A stretch of 64,000 nucleotides of DNA from Schmidtea polychroa. Lineage: Eukaryota. Each line of letters begins with the position of its first letter. Position 1 is the first letter of the stretch. The notes below the pieces were generated by a model, which was not told where the DNA came from, made no database searches, and worked only from the letters and a program-made list of their open reading frames with translations. The stretch is taken from assembly GCA_044892525.1 (NCBI GenBank), contig CM097885.1:17052001-17116000 (forward strand), given 5' to 3'. Below, piece by piece: positions 1 to 14,248 of this stretch. Made by a program: the position numbers and the translations under genes.

Positions 1-657
1 AGTCAATCATGTCAACATATGATGTAGCAGACGACTGAAGAAAGACAGTATTCTTGTCCATAGTGCGAATCACTTCGGAAGGGAGAAAATTTTGTCTTGC
101 AGTTATGATTTTTTCTGTTGCAAACTTTCTGATTTCTTCATCATCATCACCAACAGCAGCTAGGAGTATATTTTCTGGATGTGAGAAGTAATTGTTGTTC
201 TGAATGACAGGAAAGATGATTTCTTGGTCTGATGGATCCAAATCCTGCAGAAGTTGGAGCATATAAAAAATATTTCTTGCACCATCTTGGCATGACGAGT
301 GAGTCTTTATATAAAACCATGACGGTCCATAGAAATTGACAATAAATTTCACTATTCGCATGAGAGGTTCAGATGGAGCAGTTTCGGACATATATAGTCG
401 CAGAATTCTATTAGCTTTCGTTAGCCAGCGACTGTGATTCAAATTTCCTGGTTGTGCCATTTGTAGAAAAGGGACATCCTTGTTGTTGTGGTACCCTTTC
501 TGGACTGCCAAGCATACTCTGAGGAAATACAATTGATCAGTGTTCAATTCTTTCTTGACATTTTCACTAATATCTACGACCTTTCCAGGAAGGGACATAA
601 AGGCTACTACGGGCTTGTCTTTTGGATCAAAATCAAGAACGCTTCCTATTTCACCAA
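1..657 (-). pseudogene. Internal fragment of a hAT-superfamily (hATm/hATx-like) transposase, running off the window start
   Basis: Manual minus-strand translation gives ELNTDQLY...PGNLNHSRWLTKANRILRLY...FYGPSWFYIKTHSSCQDGARNIF...NNNYFSHPENILLA, motifs I associate with this transposase group. Truncated at ~657 by the next element. Confidence 0.6.
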
Positions 658-987
658 CCTGCGGCCCATTCTATAATTTTGTGCGGCCCGTTTTGTATAA
701 ATATTTATTGTAATGAAATATCAAATATAAATTTTTATTGTAGTAAAATATCACATGTGCGTTCAAAATTTTTTTTAATGTGTATTTTTTTATTTTTTTT
801 CTAAAAAACGGTTACTTTTAAGATTTCTTTTTTAGTTTTAACTATCATGCATAAAATGGTTGCTATGATTACAAGTAAAAAATTGTTTAAAAAATCATTA
901 TTATTTCATTTATAATCAAATATCATTGAGTAAATTATTTTTAATTTATTTTAATCTTAGTCTTTTATTAAGGACTTTCTATCCATT

Positions 988-3900
988 ATGTCTGATAAGA
1001 ATAAAAAAAGAAAATTTGAAGATGAAAACAGACAATTTCAAATTGAATGGGAAAATTTATATTTTTACACGCAGGTGAAGGAAAACGCTATATGTTTAAT
1101 TTGTCGTCAATCTACCTCAATATTAAAATCATATAATTTGAGACGACATTTTGAACAAAAACATGATGATTATAAAAAATATACTAAAGACGAACGAAAA
1201 GTGAAATTAGATACACTTAAAGCAAATCTGAACGCAGAACGAAATATATTTCATAAACAAACAATTCAATCTAATGCCATCGTTAATGCCAGCATGCGAA
1301 TATCACACATTATTGGGAAAAAATGAAGCCCTTTTCAGATGGTCAATACATCAAAGAATGCCTTATTACTGCAGTTGAAGAAATTATTCCAGAAAAAGTT
1401 AAGATTTTTGGTCAAATCAGTCTATCACATCAAACTTTATCACGAAGAATTGATAACAATTCAACTGATATTTGTTCTACGCTGGACATGGTTTCTAAAG
1501 AGTTTGTTTATTTCTCACTGGCTTTGGATGAGACAACAGATATTAAAGACACTGCATAACTTGCTATTTTTATTCGAGGTGTTAATAGTGAAATGAGTGT
1601 AACTGAATAACTTCTGGAAGTTATGAGTTTGAAAGGCACAACTACCGGAAAAAATATACAAAAAGCTGTCGTAATGTTGGGCTGAAAACGAGAACTGAGA
1701 GTTTGTTTTAATCGATCGAAAATACCTAACACAAAAACCGCAAAGTTGAAAAAAATTTATGACCAAGGTTTAATTTAAAAATAAATAAAATAAACTACAT
1801 CACACATTAAGAATCAATAAACCCCGTATAATAGAATAAAGAGATAAATAAATTTAACAGAAAATTCAACACTTAAAAATTTAAATAGAAAAATAATAAA
1901 ATATAAAATGGAATTAGTCGAAAATTATTTAAACAATATAAAAATTAAATCGTCAAAAATAATAAAATTAATTAGCATTATGTAAATTGTAAAGTTTATA
2001 GAATTAAATGGTTATTTAACTTATTAAATTTAAAGAATAAAAATGTTTAAATTAATAAAAATTAATATAACTCAAATTAGTTAAAGTATAAAATTTGTAA
2101 AATTAAAATTAATAAAAATTAAATAAGAAATTAATTAAATTTATGAAATTAAAACAAATAAATAATTACACACATTCATGCATGTGTGCAAAATCAATTC
2201 AATAATTCTCGCACTCTGATTGGATAGAGTACGCATTCAAAATCAGTATAAATACTGATCACAAATTCAATTGAAAAACTCTCTTTTTCAACATAGCCAC
2301 TTAATTTGCAGAACTCTCAGTTTCGATTTTATGTCAACGTGGATGTGGTAAATTATTTGTTATTGTTTTTGTAATTCTTATGAAGTATTTTAATTAATAA
2401 ATTTTATATGTCTCAGTTAAATTTTCTTTAGTAAATTTTTTAATGGTTTAAATTCGTTTAGTTTCAAGTTCTAAATCATAGTTTTATTGAATTCAATCAT
2501 ATTATTTGTTGATGGTGTCGATGGTCTGGGCTGGGGAAAAGTTTGTGGACGGGCGGCACTACGTGCTGTTGGTCGGCAGATATTTCGCCGGTTGAGTCCA
2601 TCGAGTTAGAGGACAGTCATAGTGATAGGAATGATTAGGGAGTGTAATGTCATTTTAGGTCGTTTAGGATTTTATTTAGATTTAGATAATGTAGGTGGCT
2701 TAGTCACCTTTATGTTTTATAGACATAAGTGAGTTAGGAGTAAAGATGGAATAGTTGAGACCAGTTGAAGATGGATAAAGTTAGATTTATGTAATTTTTC
2801 CGACAGCTCAGGATTAGAAACACAGGCAGATCCCTGCTCAAAATCTCTGAAGAACAATTTAAATATTATGGCAAGTGTGGATTAACTTGAAAATAAGGGC
2901 CAATCCCTGCGCAAATTTTTCAAAGGATAATTTAAATATTGTAGGAAGTGTAGAACAATAATTACTAGCTGGGAAATAAGGACGGATCCCTGCACAAAAT
3001 TTTATAAGAGAACAATTAGAAATACCCGTAATTGAGGACCAACAACGATCCAAAAATAGCATATATAGTGAATAAGGACGTAAGACCTTCTATCGGCAGT
3101 CTAGAACCCGAAAAGAAAATCCAATGGGGACTAGTTTTAGTAATAGAACTCACCTGCTCATTGTTTTTTCACCTTTGTGTACAGTACCAACATGGTCGTC
3201 GCCATGGGTACACAAATGGTTTAAATTGCAATAGTCATGGAGGTGCTTAGGAAAGAGTCGAACGATTATGATTACCCCTAACGTATTTTAAATTGTAAAA
3301 AGGACACACCCCTAAGTAACCAACAGTAAAATGCACACAACATCATGGTCCTAATTTAGCAAACCTAATTGGAATCGCCACAGATGGTGCAGCCTCAATG
3401 ATCGGTAAAAATATTGGAGCCGTAAAATTAATTCTTGATTATAGAAATGCCATGGAAAAAGCTTCATTATCTCCTGACCTTTTTATTTGTCACTGTTTTT
3501 TACACCTTGAGAATTTATGTGCGCAAGTATTTGATATGAACCACGTGATGTCAGTCGTTATTAAAACAGTTAACGCAATAAAAAATAATTCCTTGAAACA
3601 TCGTCAGTTTCAAGATTACCTTCAAGAACTAGAATCTGAGTACAGTGATTTGCTTTTTTATGCGAAAATTCGCTGGTTAAGTCGCGGGAAATTTTTAGAA
3701 AGATTTTGGAATTTGAGAGAAGAGATTGGAATTTTTATGAATGAAAATGACCAAAATGTTCCTGAATTATATGATGAGCAGTGGCTTTTGGATTTATGTT
3801 TCCTTACAGATATTACTATGAAATTAAACGAACTAAATAGGCAGCTTCAAGGTGAAAACAAGTTGATCACAGACTGTTATGGAAATATAAAAGCATTCAT

Positions 3901-4452
3901 AACAAAACTGAAACTTTATGAAAGTCAATTAAAATCAAAAAATTCTGTCCACTTTCCATTATTACATATATTTAATTGTGACAAAAAAGATTTTTCTAAA
4001 TATGCACAAGAAATTACCAATTTACTACAAGAATTTCAGGAGAGATTTTCATATTTAAAGAAATATGAGAATATATTTAATATTTTCCTATGTCCATTTG
4101 ACATTGTTGTGGAATCAGCTCCAACAAATTTGCAAATGGAGTTAATAGATCTCCAGTCATCTTCTGAATTAAAATATATGTTTGAAGCCAATGATAAAGT
4201 TCAGTTTTATAAAAAATACATATGCAATGATAAATTTCCTAATCTAAGAAAACTAGCGATAAGCGTTACAGCTGCAATGGGACCATGTATCTTTGCGAAT
4301 CTTTTTTTTCAAAATTAAAGATTGTTAAATGTAAAAGTCGTAATAGATTAACTGATGAAAATTTAAAAGACCAATTACGATGTGCAACTTCGAAAATACC
4401 TGTGGACATAAAAAAATTATCTGAAAAAATTGAAAAACAAGTTTCACATTAA
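988..4452 (+). pseudogene. GTF2IRD2/SPIN-like hAT transposase, disrupted by frameshifts, stops and an LTR insertion
   Basis: ORFs 988-1326 (CLIC...RRHFEQKH zinc finger), 1323-1559 (KPFSDG, SLALDETTD) and 3398-4318 (HCFLH, RWLSRG, with TDGA just upstream). The C-terminus ends QVSH* at 4452. Removing 1675-3329 restores the reading KAVVKCTQHH. Confidence 0.9.
1675..3325 (+). mobile_element. Solo LTR (1651 bp), Gypsy-like, inserted in the hAT transposase
   Basis: Termini TGTTGG...CCAACA and a 4-bp TSD GTAA (1671-1674 and 3326-3329). ATTGG (~2219) and TATAAAT (~2247) follow an A-rich U3-like region. Confidence 0.85.
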
Positions 4453-4619
4453 GTAATATGTATGTATATGTAAAATATAATTTAGTTTGTATAAATTTTT
4501 TATAATAAATAAATACGTGCGGCCCACATTATATTTTTATTTTTTATTTTGGCCCAGTAACCAATTTCGGTTGGACATCACTGGACTAGTCATTATTTGA
4601 TGTTTTGCAATTTATAGCT

Positions 4620-4881
4620 GAATGGGACTTCCTTGAATCTCTCCCAATACTGTCTCTAAGCCTTCAATTAATTCTCACAATTTGTGTGTCTTTAGCTTCA
4701 TGTAAACGGAGCTTTTCAAAACTAAATCTGATAAAGAATTATTTACGATACATCATGGGACAGTCAAGACTTTTCTGATCTGGCTATATTATCAATTGAA
4801 AGTGAGACCGTGAAGGACATAGACTTTGATAAAGTGATTGACAAGTTTGCAGCTCTGAAGACCAGGAAAAGAAAATTTTAA
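4620..4881 (+). pseudogene. hAT C-terminal dimerisation-domain fragment (ZMYM1/Tip100-like)
   Basis: Frameshifted translation ASCKRSFSKLNLIKNYLR...LAILSIESE...DIDFDKVIDKFAALKTRKRKF*. Confidence 0.75.
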
Positions 4882-6063
4882 AGAATGTATTAATATCTAT
4901 AACTTAACCTACATAATTTTCAAAAAATAATTTCTATCCAGAGGAAGAAAAGGACAGTGAGTTATCGGGGCCCTATCCACCTATTTTCTGGCACTTAAAA
5001 ACATCTGAATTCTTTATACGACTTTACAAATAAACTTTGGTAGAAGTGAAGTAACATCTGGTTTGTTACAAAACTTTTTTGTACAAACAAAACTTTGGGA
5101 GACAAGAATGCGTTAGGGTATCAAATCTTTCAAAATTTCAAAGACGAGATGAGGATGAATTAATGGGAAAAAATGTGATTGTAAATGAAATCAGATCAAA
5201 TTTTCATCTTTCATACGAAGGAAATTTTTCAATGTAAAACTGATTTTTTAGAAAAACCATTAAAATATTTTTATATTTGGAAGTTGAATGTTTTCTGTAT
5301 AAGAATTATCATCGATAAGATTGCCATTAATAAAATATAATGTCATAATGTCATGATTTATTGTGATTTTTACATTAATTTCGTGATATCCTAATGCTAA
5401 TATTTCTATCACCGACGGCTGAGAAAGGTTTCCAAACCAATATAAACTAGAACTCTCTCAATTTTCATAATTTTTGTTCGGTTTGAATTAAATATCAAAC
5501 ATTTCTCTGACTCATGGACAACTTCTTTAGAATTCTAATGTCTACAGCTGGTCCAAGAATATTTGTTTTAAAAGTTTAAAATAAGACATTCTTGCCATTC
5601 TTTACTCTCATTAAAGAGTGCCAAAGACCTTGAAGATGTCGAAGAATAAAGGAACTTCAATCATAATTTCAAAACATTTTTCTATCCATTTCAAACATGA
5701 ATCCTCAATGAATCCACAATTAGTCTTTGAAATAAAACCCTAAAATTAAAAAAATATTTGCTTAACCTTTGGGGGGAAATGAGAACAGGTTATCCCGATG
5801 TTTGCATTATAAATATTAAATATAATAAAATTTTTTAACCGGTATAGCTACGCAAATTTTCGGAAAAATTACTTCAATGAGTAATTTTAAGAGGGCGAGA
5901 GATATGTTTAAAGTTAAAAACTATTGTTTTAGTCAAATAATAATGTTAAATAACACAATCACTTTTGTCGAAAAAGAAACCAAATAATAACGGTTTATTC
6001 AATTGAATATTGTAAACTAGTTCTTTGAATACAGATACATAACAGCTCATTAAAACCAATCAT

Positions 6064-6282
6064 TCAGCCATGTCTGAAAACGTCTATTGTAAAATCTTCG
6101 GTTTCGGGGGTTTTCTGGATTTTTATTGGTGGATTTCTTATTCGATTACTGCCAAAAAACCAAGGACTCCAAATATATCTTCTGGGAGAATATCGCCGGC
6201 TGGACATTGCCATTGTTTCAATTAAGATGAAATCTGGCAAAATTGCGGATATTAAAACAATTAAAACAAATATGTTAATCAT
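6064..6282 (-). CDS. Candidate small secreted peptide precursor (72 aa from the ATG at 6282)
   Basis: Hydrophobic N-terminus MINIFVLIVLISAILP, two RR dibasic sites and a C-terminal Gly. AATAAA on the minus strand at 5994-5999. No recognised homology. Confidence 0.4.
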   Translation of the reverse strand: MINIFVLIVLISAILPDFILIETMAMSSRRYSPRRYIWSPWFFGSNRIRNPPIKIQKTPETEDFTIDVFRHG

Positions 6283-6482
6283 TTTCAATGCTTCTGTAAA
6301 ATTATTGTATATAAGTGATGGTTTTTATCATTAATTCCATCCAATGAAAACTCGAATACATTCTTGTCCACCTACTATTCGAGTTGAATTATTATTGGAT
6401 ATCCGATACTGACCAATTATAGTATTATATATAAATATCAAATTTGACTATTAAATATAGTACTTACAAATATGAATAAATA

Positions 6483-6485
<3 letters not shown>

Positions 6486-6549
<64 letters not shown>

Positions 6550-6580
6550 GTATATATATATATATATATATATGTATATA
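6486..6580. repeat. (TA)n microsatellite
   Basis: Directly visible. Confidence 0.95.
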
Positions 6581-7194
6581 AAAATATTATTAAATCATGT
6601 ATCACATTGTAACAACTGACAAACTGATAAACCCGACAAATGTAGTAATCAACAAATCACTTATAAAATTTTTATTATTAATCAAACTGATTACTCACCA
6701 AATTCCAAAAGAAATAAATTCAAATTTAATAATTTTGATTTAATTAAACAAAAAAACCTTATTAAAAATTCATAAAAATAAATTATACAAATTGGTTCTA
6801 GCTTTTGAGATTATTTTATTTTTTAAAGAAAACAATTTTTATAATGGGTTTTTGCGAAGAATTAATCACCAGATCTGATGTAAATTATGTTTGAGTTATG
6901 CAGATTAGTACAAATAAAACATACAAAAATATATTAGTATAAAATGAGCTACCCTACGTACCCCTCTTCAAGGTCATTTAAAATCAAATAATTTTGTTTT
7001 AATCAGCATTCGCGTCTTATATTTTAATTTTTTAAAGAACTTTCAATGTATGTATATTTGAAATTAATTTCTCGTTTTAATGGAGTAATATTTTTAATTT
7101 CGCGAGTAATATAAATAATTTTAATATACCTTTTTAAAAGTCATCCCCCCCCCAAATTCAAACTGGTTTTTATCTCATTTTAAGTATAACCATA

Positions 7195-7620
7195 TAGGCA
7201 GAATTTAATTCTCTATAAAATAGCTTGATTATAAATGTTAAATGTTGTGTTGTGTGTGCTACATACATGTTTTCTTGTATAATTTGGCCTTTCTACCTAT
7301 TAACATTGTTGTTATTGAGTTTTAACTTTAATAAAATATAGATGAATTTTAATTCTCCGTAATATGGTTTTATTTGAAATTTAAAATGTTTTTTAGTATA
7401 TGCTTTACACATGTTTTGTTTTAAATTTTTAATCTTTTATCTAGTTGAAATAAATTTATTGAGTTTTCAATGTAACAATGTATAAATGAAGTCTAATTCT
7501 CTATAAATTGGTTCGATAAAGATTTGAAATTAAGCGTTGTGCATATTTCTCATAGTTAAAATGATTTTATTGAGATTTTACTGTAACAATTTATTGATGA
7601 AATTTAATTCTCTACAATAT
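7195..7620. repeat. Degenerate ~145-bp tandem repeat (about 3 units)
   Basis: AATTCTC-containing motif (AATTTAATTCTCTATAAAAT-like) recurs at ~7202, ~7345, ~7490 and ~7600, with ACATGTTTT recurring in the first two units. Confidence 0.55.
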
Positions 7621-9332
7621 GCATAGAAGAATTAATTCCCAAAAGAAGAGGTATAGGCCTTTTAAATTAAAAATTTTAAATACGAGTACAACAAAGTAGA
7701 GATATGACGGGCGCAAATACACATAGATTGAATAAAGTATATTTATTCAAGAGTCCTATGAATTAATATGTGTACATATATGCACATTTAGACCAAAAAT
7801 TCTTTTTTAATTAAATTATGCTCATTAATCATTAAAAATGTAAGAGTCTAAATAGTATTCAATCATTTACAAACTTGCCTTAATTTATTCATTCATACAA
7901 GCATTTAAATTCAAGGGAAAACGTGAAATGATAAATAAAATTGAAAAATATCGGTGGTGAATGTAATATGCTTTATTTTTGTAATTTTGGCTAATAATAA
8001 ATTAATACTCACAGATTTCTTCCTCCGACCGGATCTTCAGGAGAATCATTGACGAAAAAGAAATTAAAACTCCAAAATTAATTAAAATAAAATAAAAATT
8101 CTACGGAATGAATTATTTACCAATTTGCAATAAAATTTTCGACAAAATAAAAATAGGATTTAATCCCGAAAAAGATATATGAAAAAATCAGTTTTATAAA
8201 TTTTATATTAAATATCATTGTTCCAAGTAATTTTCATATTCATATAATTTTTTTTCCAAATTCAAAAAGCCGTAAAAATTTCAAGTTTTAAACACCACTT
8301 TGACTGGTTAACGTGTTTGTAAGTGTGAGTGTGGCACCAAAACTTAATAAAACGCATTGTCATATATAATGAATCTATAAGATGGATGGAAGTGAGTTGA
8401 CCCTTCCAGATATACATAAAAATTTTTGATTTTTTTATATTATCCAGTGGAACTCAGTGTAATAAATAATAATTGTTAAGAATCCCTAGCCTAAAAGTTT
8501 CTAAAATTAGGCTTAATTTATAATAGGATATTTTTCTGAAGACAAATAGTAACTCTTTATCCTGGTGGTACCAACCGGATCCCATTGAAGTATTAGCTTT
8601 TACCCATTCAAAAATAATTATTAATTTTATTTGAATCTTATTTAAATTATTTTACAATAGTCAGAAAAACAAAAAATATATTTAAAAACATTAGAGAAAT
8701 AAATTTGAAAATGAATCTAAAATTGGACATAACTCTAGCAATAAATTGTTTATATCTTAATCCTGCTGATAATTCAGAAAGGAATCCCACAATTACGAGC
8801 GCAGAGATGTCAAAATTATATAAAAATCGTGACATGATTTCATTAAAAACTAAAAAAAAATTACTACTTGAAAAAATCGAAAATTTTAAATTATTTTTAT
8901 TTTATCACTAAAATTTTATTTTTTTAATATATTTATTTGATTTACTTTGCTAATAAATGCAACTTAATAAATTTTATTAAATAATAGTTTATAATGCGAA
9001 AGTAATTAATTTAATTTAAATTTTCCATTAGAAGATAAATGTGTGTGGAAATACGAAATACCAGAGATAAGTTAACCTCCACTCTGTGCATTTGGGTCAA
9101 ATGGATCCCAGTCAGATGCGGATTTACTCTTGAGGGGCCCAAGCCTAAAAATTTTATGGGGCCTGTAGTAAACTGTTATTTTTTATTGTATTTATTATTC
9201 ATAACAAAATCCAAATTAGCCTTTTTTGATTACTATAGTAAATTATCGCTTTAGTAAAATTAAAAATCAAAAAGAATATCTATAAAAAAACATTAAAGAA
9301 AATTTCAAAAAAATTTTATCCAATTCAACCTA

Positions 9333-9628
9333 TTCAACATTTTCTAAAAACCTTCTATTTAACGAGATTATTGCCTGGAATTCTATCCCTATATTATCGA
9401 ACAGAAGATTGAAAGAGTAATCCTAATTTAAACTATACGAAATTTCAAAGTGATGAAAAATAACCAATAAATTTCAATCGGTTCAACGTTTTCTAAAAAA
9501 CCTCTATTTAGTGTGATTATTGTCTAGAATTCTATCCCTATATTATTGAACAGAAGAAGAAAGAATAATCACAATTTAAACTACACGAAATTTCAAAGTC
9601 GTAAATAATAAGCAATAAATTTCAACCA
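9333..9628. repeat. Imperfect tandem duplication of ~150 bp
   Basis: TTCAAC.TTTTCTAAAAA...GAATTCTATCCCTATATTAT.GAACAGAAGA...AAATTTCAAAGT occurs at ~9333 and ~9482. Confidence 0.8.
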
Positions 9629-10305
9629 ATCCTGCGAATCGCCTGCGAAATACCAAGGGCTAATTAAGGTCCATTAGTTTTTTTTCATTAATAAAAGTTT
9701 GTAAAGTTAAATTTGTTATTTGTATTTTGTTAATTTGTTAGTTTGTAAACATCAGCAAACACATTACCGCAAACCACACACATACACCCAGCTGTCCGGA
9801 GACAGTATTTTTTACAGGAGACTCAGCTGAGCTCTTCAAATCTTCTAAACATAAATTAACAACAGAAAATAATAATCAACATAATATAGGACACAAACTA
9901 TAACAGGGCCCTTTATAAAATTTTTTTTAATAAAAAATTTGAAAAAATATTGTGCTTTCGTGAAAATTTTACTTTAGAAAGGAATATTTAATATAACATG
10001 TAATATAATTAAATACTTCTTTACTTATATTACATAAATATAATAATTTGCAAATAATTAAAATATGTAATAAATTTTTATAATAATAATACAAAAATTG
10101 GGACCTCTGCCAGATCTGACCACACTCATTTTAAAATGCAATTTTAAAAATATTACGCCAAGTAAATTAACTCACTAAAGAGAATTGCCTTAATTAATAT
10201 TTTGTATACACAATACAAAAAAGCCGAACCAAAAACAATTGTATATGTATTTAAATAAAAACTAAAATTGTGAACGTTTTCCTTACAAAATATATCAAAA
10301 TGTGG

Positions 10306-10587
<282 letters not shown>

Positions 10588-11399
10588 GTTCGATTGACCC
10601 TTATGCACAGACAATGGAAATTTTTCAATGCATAGATTTTAAGCAAAAATGACAAAACATCATGTACTAACTATTTAATTTAACAGTAATTTGTAAATGA
10701 TTGCTGGATGTGAATGTTTGTCGAATTAGTATTCTATATAAAGTTTCAAAATTGTTTGGTTTTAGATTATTCTTAGTCAATAAATAGTGAACATAAGGAA
10801 CCAGAGTCAACATTTTTGATCAAAATCACTCGAGAAACCAGTGCCCAAAATTCGTGAATATAAAAAAAAACATCCATATATTTACTGATTCATAGTCATG
10901 CTTTTTAATAATTACAATGTCAATTGAAAAAAAAATCAGTGGTGAAATTTGAGAAAAAGTTCTTATAATATTAAACACTGTTAAGAGCAACAGTGGGGTA
11001 AAGTTTTCTGAAACAAATACTAAAACCATTTTACTCTTGATAATGTATTAGTTATATTTATTCGTATGTATCAAAGAATATTATTTTGTAAAATATAATT
11101 TTGGAATGTATTTCAACATCTCCGCTGTCATCATCGGGCACTAAACAACTTCAATAAAAACGATTATACTGATAGGTTCATTAATAATTAATTAATTATA
11201 TGTTCGGAATTCAATTAAATTTAATAATCCTAATAAAATTTATTAAACACTTGAAAAATACACGTGTTTAATGCATTTTATTTATTAATTTCGAGTTAAA
11301 GGATTTTCTCCTCAAGATCTTACAAGTAATATGGGTCCAATAGTTTTTGAAACTCTTAGATAATACTTTAAAATAGGAAATTATATTTTAAACTTATAT

Positions 11400-11741
11400 A
11401 TCTATTCAGCACTGTACTATCGCAAGTGCAATCACCCCCAAATACATTAGAAAAACTTCTTCAATAGCAAAAATATATCACGAATTGAAAGAAAAAAACA
11501 AAAAGGAAAATTCAAAATTAGTTTAACTTTCAAAAAAATCTAGTTGAAAATACAACAGCCAGAACTATTGATTACAATGATATAATCGATGAATTTGCCA
11601 GCAAAGGAGCTAGAAATATTGTTTTATAATTTCTTTGTATTATTTTTTTTTAATTAAAATCAATAAAAATGAATGCAATAAAATTACAAAATTTTTTTTT
11701 AGTGTCTACACAGGGCCCTTGAAAGTTTTAGCATGGCACTG
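11400..11741 (+). mobile_element. 3' remnant of a hAT (Tip100-like) element
   Basis: Translation ...TARTIDYNDIIDEFASKGAR followed by GGGCCC...GCATGGCACTG, which resembles a terminus. Confidence 0.5.
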
Positions 11742-11759
11742 TGCCTATTATGCTCAATA

Positions 11760-11930
11760 ATATTACTGTTTCCACTAAATCTGAATAAACTACTAAAATG
11801 CTTTCGAACTCGTGTACAGTGATACCGAGAGGTTTTACCAATGAATGTTGAATTACACCCATAAAAAATAAAACGATATACGAAAATAAAACATAGATCA
11901 AACGGTGTCACAGATTTATTATTAAACATT
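11760..11930 (-). pseudogene. Penelope-like GIY-YIG endonuclease fragment
   Basis: VYRFIFYGCNSTFIGKTSRYHCTRVRKH resembles the VYxFxCxxCxxxYIGxTxRxLxxRxxEH pattern. Confidence 0.6.
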
Positions 11931-12129
11931 ATGCACTTTACAAGATTTTGGAATCATTTAACGTTAACACTTCCAATATTTTTTAGAATAACTTCTCTAA
12001 AGTTTTTAAACATCAGAAAACAGTAAAACTATCTAAGAACCAAATTCGGTACACAAATCATTTTCATTTATTTTATCAAACATAACATTACTACTATTAA
12101 TGTTATTCATTTGAGCATTATCAATCATA

Positions 12130-12520
12130 TTAATTACAAGGGAGCAATGAAGAGAGCTTCTTATTCAGAAATTTGTAATTGGATTAAAGAATCATCGGAA
12201 GAAGTAACTTCAAATTGCAAAGTTGGAGGGTTTAATTGATCTCGTATTATTCATTATACAAAACATGGAATTACTGAATCAAAAGTAGAAATGTCCGATG
12301 AAATAATTACAGAATCTAGCAATACCGATTATTGTGAAGAATTTGATGGTTTTGAATAAAAAAATATATTGGTTTAATGATATATTATTAAATTGTTTAA
12401 TTTTGACAAGTTTTTCAAAAATCCATTTTCATATTTAGATAAGCCACATTTTCACTTTTTTGAAATTAATTGTACATTTTTATATGTATAAACCGCGGCT
12501 TATACACGTGATTTTACGGT
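12130..12520 (+). mobile_element. 3' remnant of a pogo/Tigger-like DNA transposon
   Basis: MKRASYSEICNWIKES resembles a pogo transposase C-terminus. The remnant ends in CCGCGGCTTATACACGTGATTTTACGGTA, a pogo-like TIR. Confidence 0.55.
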
Positions 12521-14104
12521 ACATTACTTTCTTTATTTACCAAAGAAAAACTTTCAAAGCAATTAAATGGATTAACACCAGGTAAAATTATGCAATAAAT
12601 CCCATTCAGCTTAATAAAACAAACATCAACAGTTTCACATAACATTTTTTTGTAAAAATACCTAGAATATAAAATTTAATGGAGTAATTTAAATAATTTA
12701 TCTGTATTAATAACAGATTTACAATAAGTAGATGGTAATGCCCAAGAACGATAGACCAATTCCTTTATCAATTTTCTTTTATATTTAAAATTACAAAATC
12801 TTCCTGATGATATATGAAGTTAAAAACTATTAAAGTTTTTACAACATTTCAAATATATTTCTGAAAACTTATTCTTTATGCGAAGGTGAAAGGATGATTA
12901 CATAAGATTTATTCTTTAAGTTAAATTCTTTAATTGAAAGTTCTTACAGCATTCCCGATATTTCTGAAATAATGGAGCCATGAATTTCTACAGTTCCATC
13001 AAATGTTGAGAAAAAACCAAAAATCGTAGGTATTTAAAATTAAATTAAAAAATAATATTTTGATAGGATTTTGCAATTAGACAAAACCAAAATCATTAAT
13101 GCCATGGAACATCGCGAGGATTGTTTTTATTTTTAATGTGTTAAACCTATATAGAAATCTTTGGAGAATGTTTTGGTTGTTCCAATAAATTATGGTGTAA
13201 ATATGATTATAGAACGTTTCATCGCCAGAGGATTCATCAAGAAGACTGTTCATTACAAAACTTACTTTTATGTATACATTTAAAATAATAAATCAATAAT
13301 AGAGGTTTTTCTTTGCAATTTCTACTAATTTGTCTATTAACTGTATTTTAACATAGTAATACGTATAGTAAGATATATCCAAAGCAAATTAATATATCAT
13401 GATGAACTGTTCTCTAACTTATTTTAAATCGAAATAAATCCAAATTTTAATGCATAAATTAATAAAATTTCAGAAAAAAGTAATTAAAAATAAATTAAAA
13501 TATAAAAGTTGTATAAAAGTAATATATATGGACTTGACTAATGATCTCATATGAATAATGATCCAAATTCAAGCCTCTTATTTAATGGTTTAAAAACTTC
13601 ATAATTGAAAATAAATCCCAAAATGATTTATACAGCTGTTACACCAACCGGTTTTATAGATGTGATTATTCTATGCAAATGGGTGTATCAATTTCATAAT
13701 TTATATTATTAGCGTTTGGCATTATTAAAATTCTATTATGTGACACTATAACTGAGATATTTTATTTTTATATAATTGCAATGTGCATGGACTGATCTAT
13801 ACTGATCCACAACCTCCGTGTGGATCAAGAATGACTGGAGAATTATTAAAACTATTATTAATATAAGAATTACAATTAATATTAGAATAAAAATTAATAA
13901 AAACAGATAAAAAACACTAACAAAATTATTGACACAAAATGAGCAAAAATCTTTATCTTAATTGTAAAAATTAAGATAACTTCAATTTATCAAAATAATT
14001 TCCGATGAATAATATAATTTGGCAGAATAATATAACTTCAATTTATGAAAATAAATTCCGATGAATAATATAATTTTATGACATTAATGTAAAATTATTT
14101 AAAG

Positions 14105-14149
14105 AAATAATAATAATAATAATAACAATAATAATAATAAAAAAAAAAA

Positions 14150-14239
<90 letters not shown>

Positions 14240-14248
14240 TATAATAAT
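14105..14248. repeat. (TAA)n microsatellite left of the Polinton-like element
   Basis: Directly visible. Confidence 0.95.

Larger units (their letters stand above)
654..4583 (+). mobile_element. hAT DNA transposon, Charlie/Buster/SPIN type, defective
   Basis: Right TIR GGTTGGACATCACTG ends at 4583 and is followed by an nnnTAnnn 8-mer (GACTAGTC). The left end keeps only CCAACC of the TIR. GCGGCCC subterminal motifs occur at both ends, and the element encloses a GTF2IRD2-like transposase. Confidence 0.85.
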
